From Octopus sinensis (Eukaryota): a stretch of DNA of 64,000 nt. The notes beneath the pieces are model-generated. The model searched no databases. It had not been told where the DNA came from and saw only the letters and a list, made by a program, of their open reading frames with translations. The stretch spans positions 4,924-68,923 of the forward strand of contig NW_021836162.1 in assembly GCF_006345805.1 (NCBI RefSeq). The letters are read 5' to 3'. Numbering within the stretch: the first letter of the stretch is position 1; every line of letters begins with the position of its first letter. Position numbers and translations under genes: made by a program. Positions 62,791 through 64,000 of this stretch are shown piece after piece.

Positions 62791-63398
62791 GGATAGTGAT
62801 GGAGGCTGGGACATCCAATGTATCGTTAACTGTGTCCGGGTGTATCTCTCTTTGTATCTGCTGAGTCAACATCTGCTGATACCTTCTCATCATACCTACA
62901 TCATCCTCCCCCGCTCATATTCACCGCACCATGTGGGTGTGTGTGTGCATGGATGTGTGCATATGCATGCGTGTGTGTATTAAGAGAAGGGAGCAGATAA
63001 ATGAATGTACAAGACAGGCAGAGTGAAAGAAAGAAAGAGAGAAAAATGAGAGAGAGAGAGAACGAAAGAGGAAGGAAGGGATGAAAAGAGAAAGTGAAAG
63101 TAGAGAGAAGAGCAAGAACGAAAAGCAGTAAGAGAAGAAAATGGTAAGAAGTACAAAGTGAGAAGAATAGGAGAGAGAGAGAGAGAGAGGAGGAGGAGGA
63201 GAGGAGGGGAGGGGAAGACAGTGGATGAGAGAGAGGGGGAGAGTGTGTGGACTGAATGCGAGAAAGTAGGAGGATGAAAACACAAATGAAAAGCTGCAGG
63301 AGAAGAAATAGAAAAAGAGAGAAAGGTGTGTGGGATGAAAGTTGATAGATTGACAGACAGATAGATAAATACATAGGTGGATAGATAGGCAGATAGAT

Positions 63399-63485
<87 letters not shown>

Positions 63486-64000
63486 CAAACAGATAGATAG
63501 ATGGACAGATAGACAGAAAACAGACAGACAGACATATATATATGTAAAGAGAGGAGGAGAGCTAGATAGATGGATGAACAGATAGGCAGAGAGATAGACA
63601 GACAGACAGGTAGACAGATAGATGGATAGGTAGATAGATAGATAGATAGCTATAGATAGATAGAGAGTAGAGATATAGTAGATATAGACAGACTAGAATA
63701 GACACATCAGATAGAGAAGAAATACAGACGCAGACCGACAGACAGATAGATAGATAGACAAACAGATAGACAAACGGTTGATAGATAGATAGATAGACAA
63801 CCGAGTAGACAGACGAACAGGGTAGTATAGATAGATAGATTAGATAGACGGGACCAGACAGAGCAGCAGACAGGTAGATAGCTATGTTTCTTTATTAGCC
63901 ACACAGGGCTGCACACAGACGGGAACAAATTACAAGGTAGAGCTTTTCTTTTGGGCATAAAAAAAGGAGGGTTGCTTTTCGATCAAAAGGGATCGTAAAA

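Overview
Eukaryotic, AT-rich, repeat-saturated DNA. It is most likely from an octopus (Octopus sp.); this is inferred from recognising the dominant SINE families and was not confirmed by a database search. No host protein-coding exon can be supported: nearly all ORF-track entries are microsatellite or SINE read-throughs. The window is a layered transposon graveyard containing about 20 copies of a CORE-like tRNA SINE (SINE-A), two other tRNA SINEs (SINE-B, SINE-C), RTE-clade LINE fragments of at least three subfamilies, two R4/Dong-like RLE retrotransposon ends inserted in (AAT)n, hAT-, piggyBac- and Merlin-like MITEs, Helitron-like elements with a shattered Helitron helicase fossil, and many tandem arrays seeded from element ends. 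The most notable signal is a set of minimal type-I hammerhead ribozyme motifs with palindromic helix III. Three have intact cores (3009-3054, 36165-36210, 41798-41832) and several are decayed or half motifs. They sit in short elements embedded in microsatellites and often form fold-back junctions. One is carried by a tRNA-headed (Pol III) SINE-like element present as a head-to-head inverted pair, whose (AAT)n tract also acts as a landing pad for Dong-like retrotransposons. All motif calls were made by eye and need computational and experimental confirmation.
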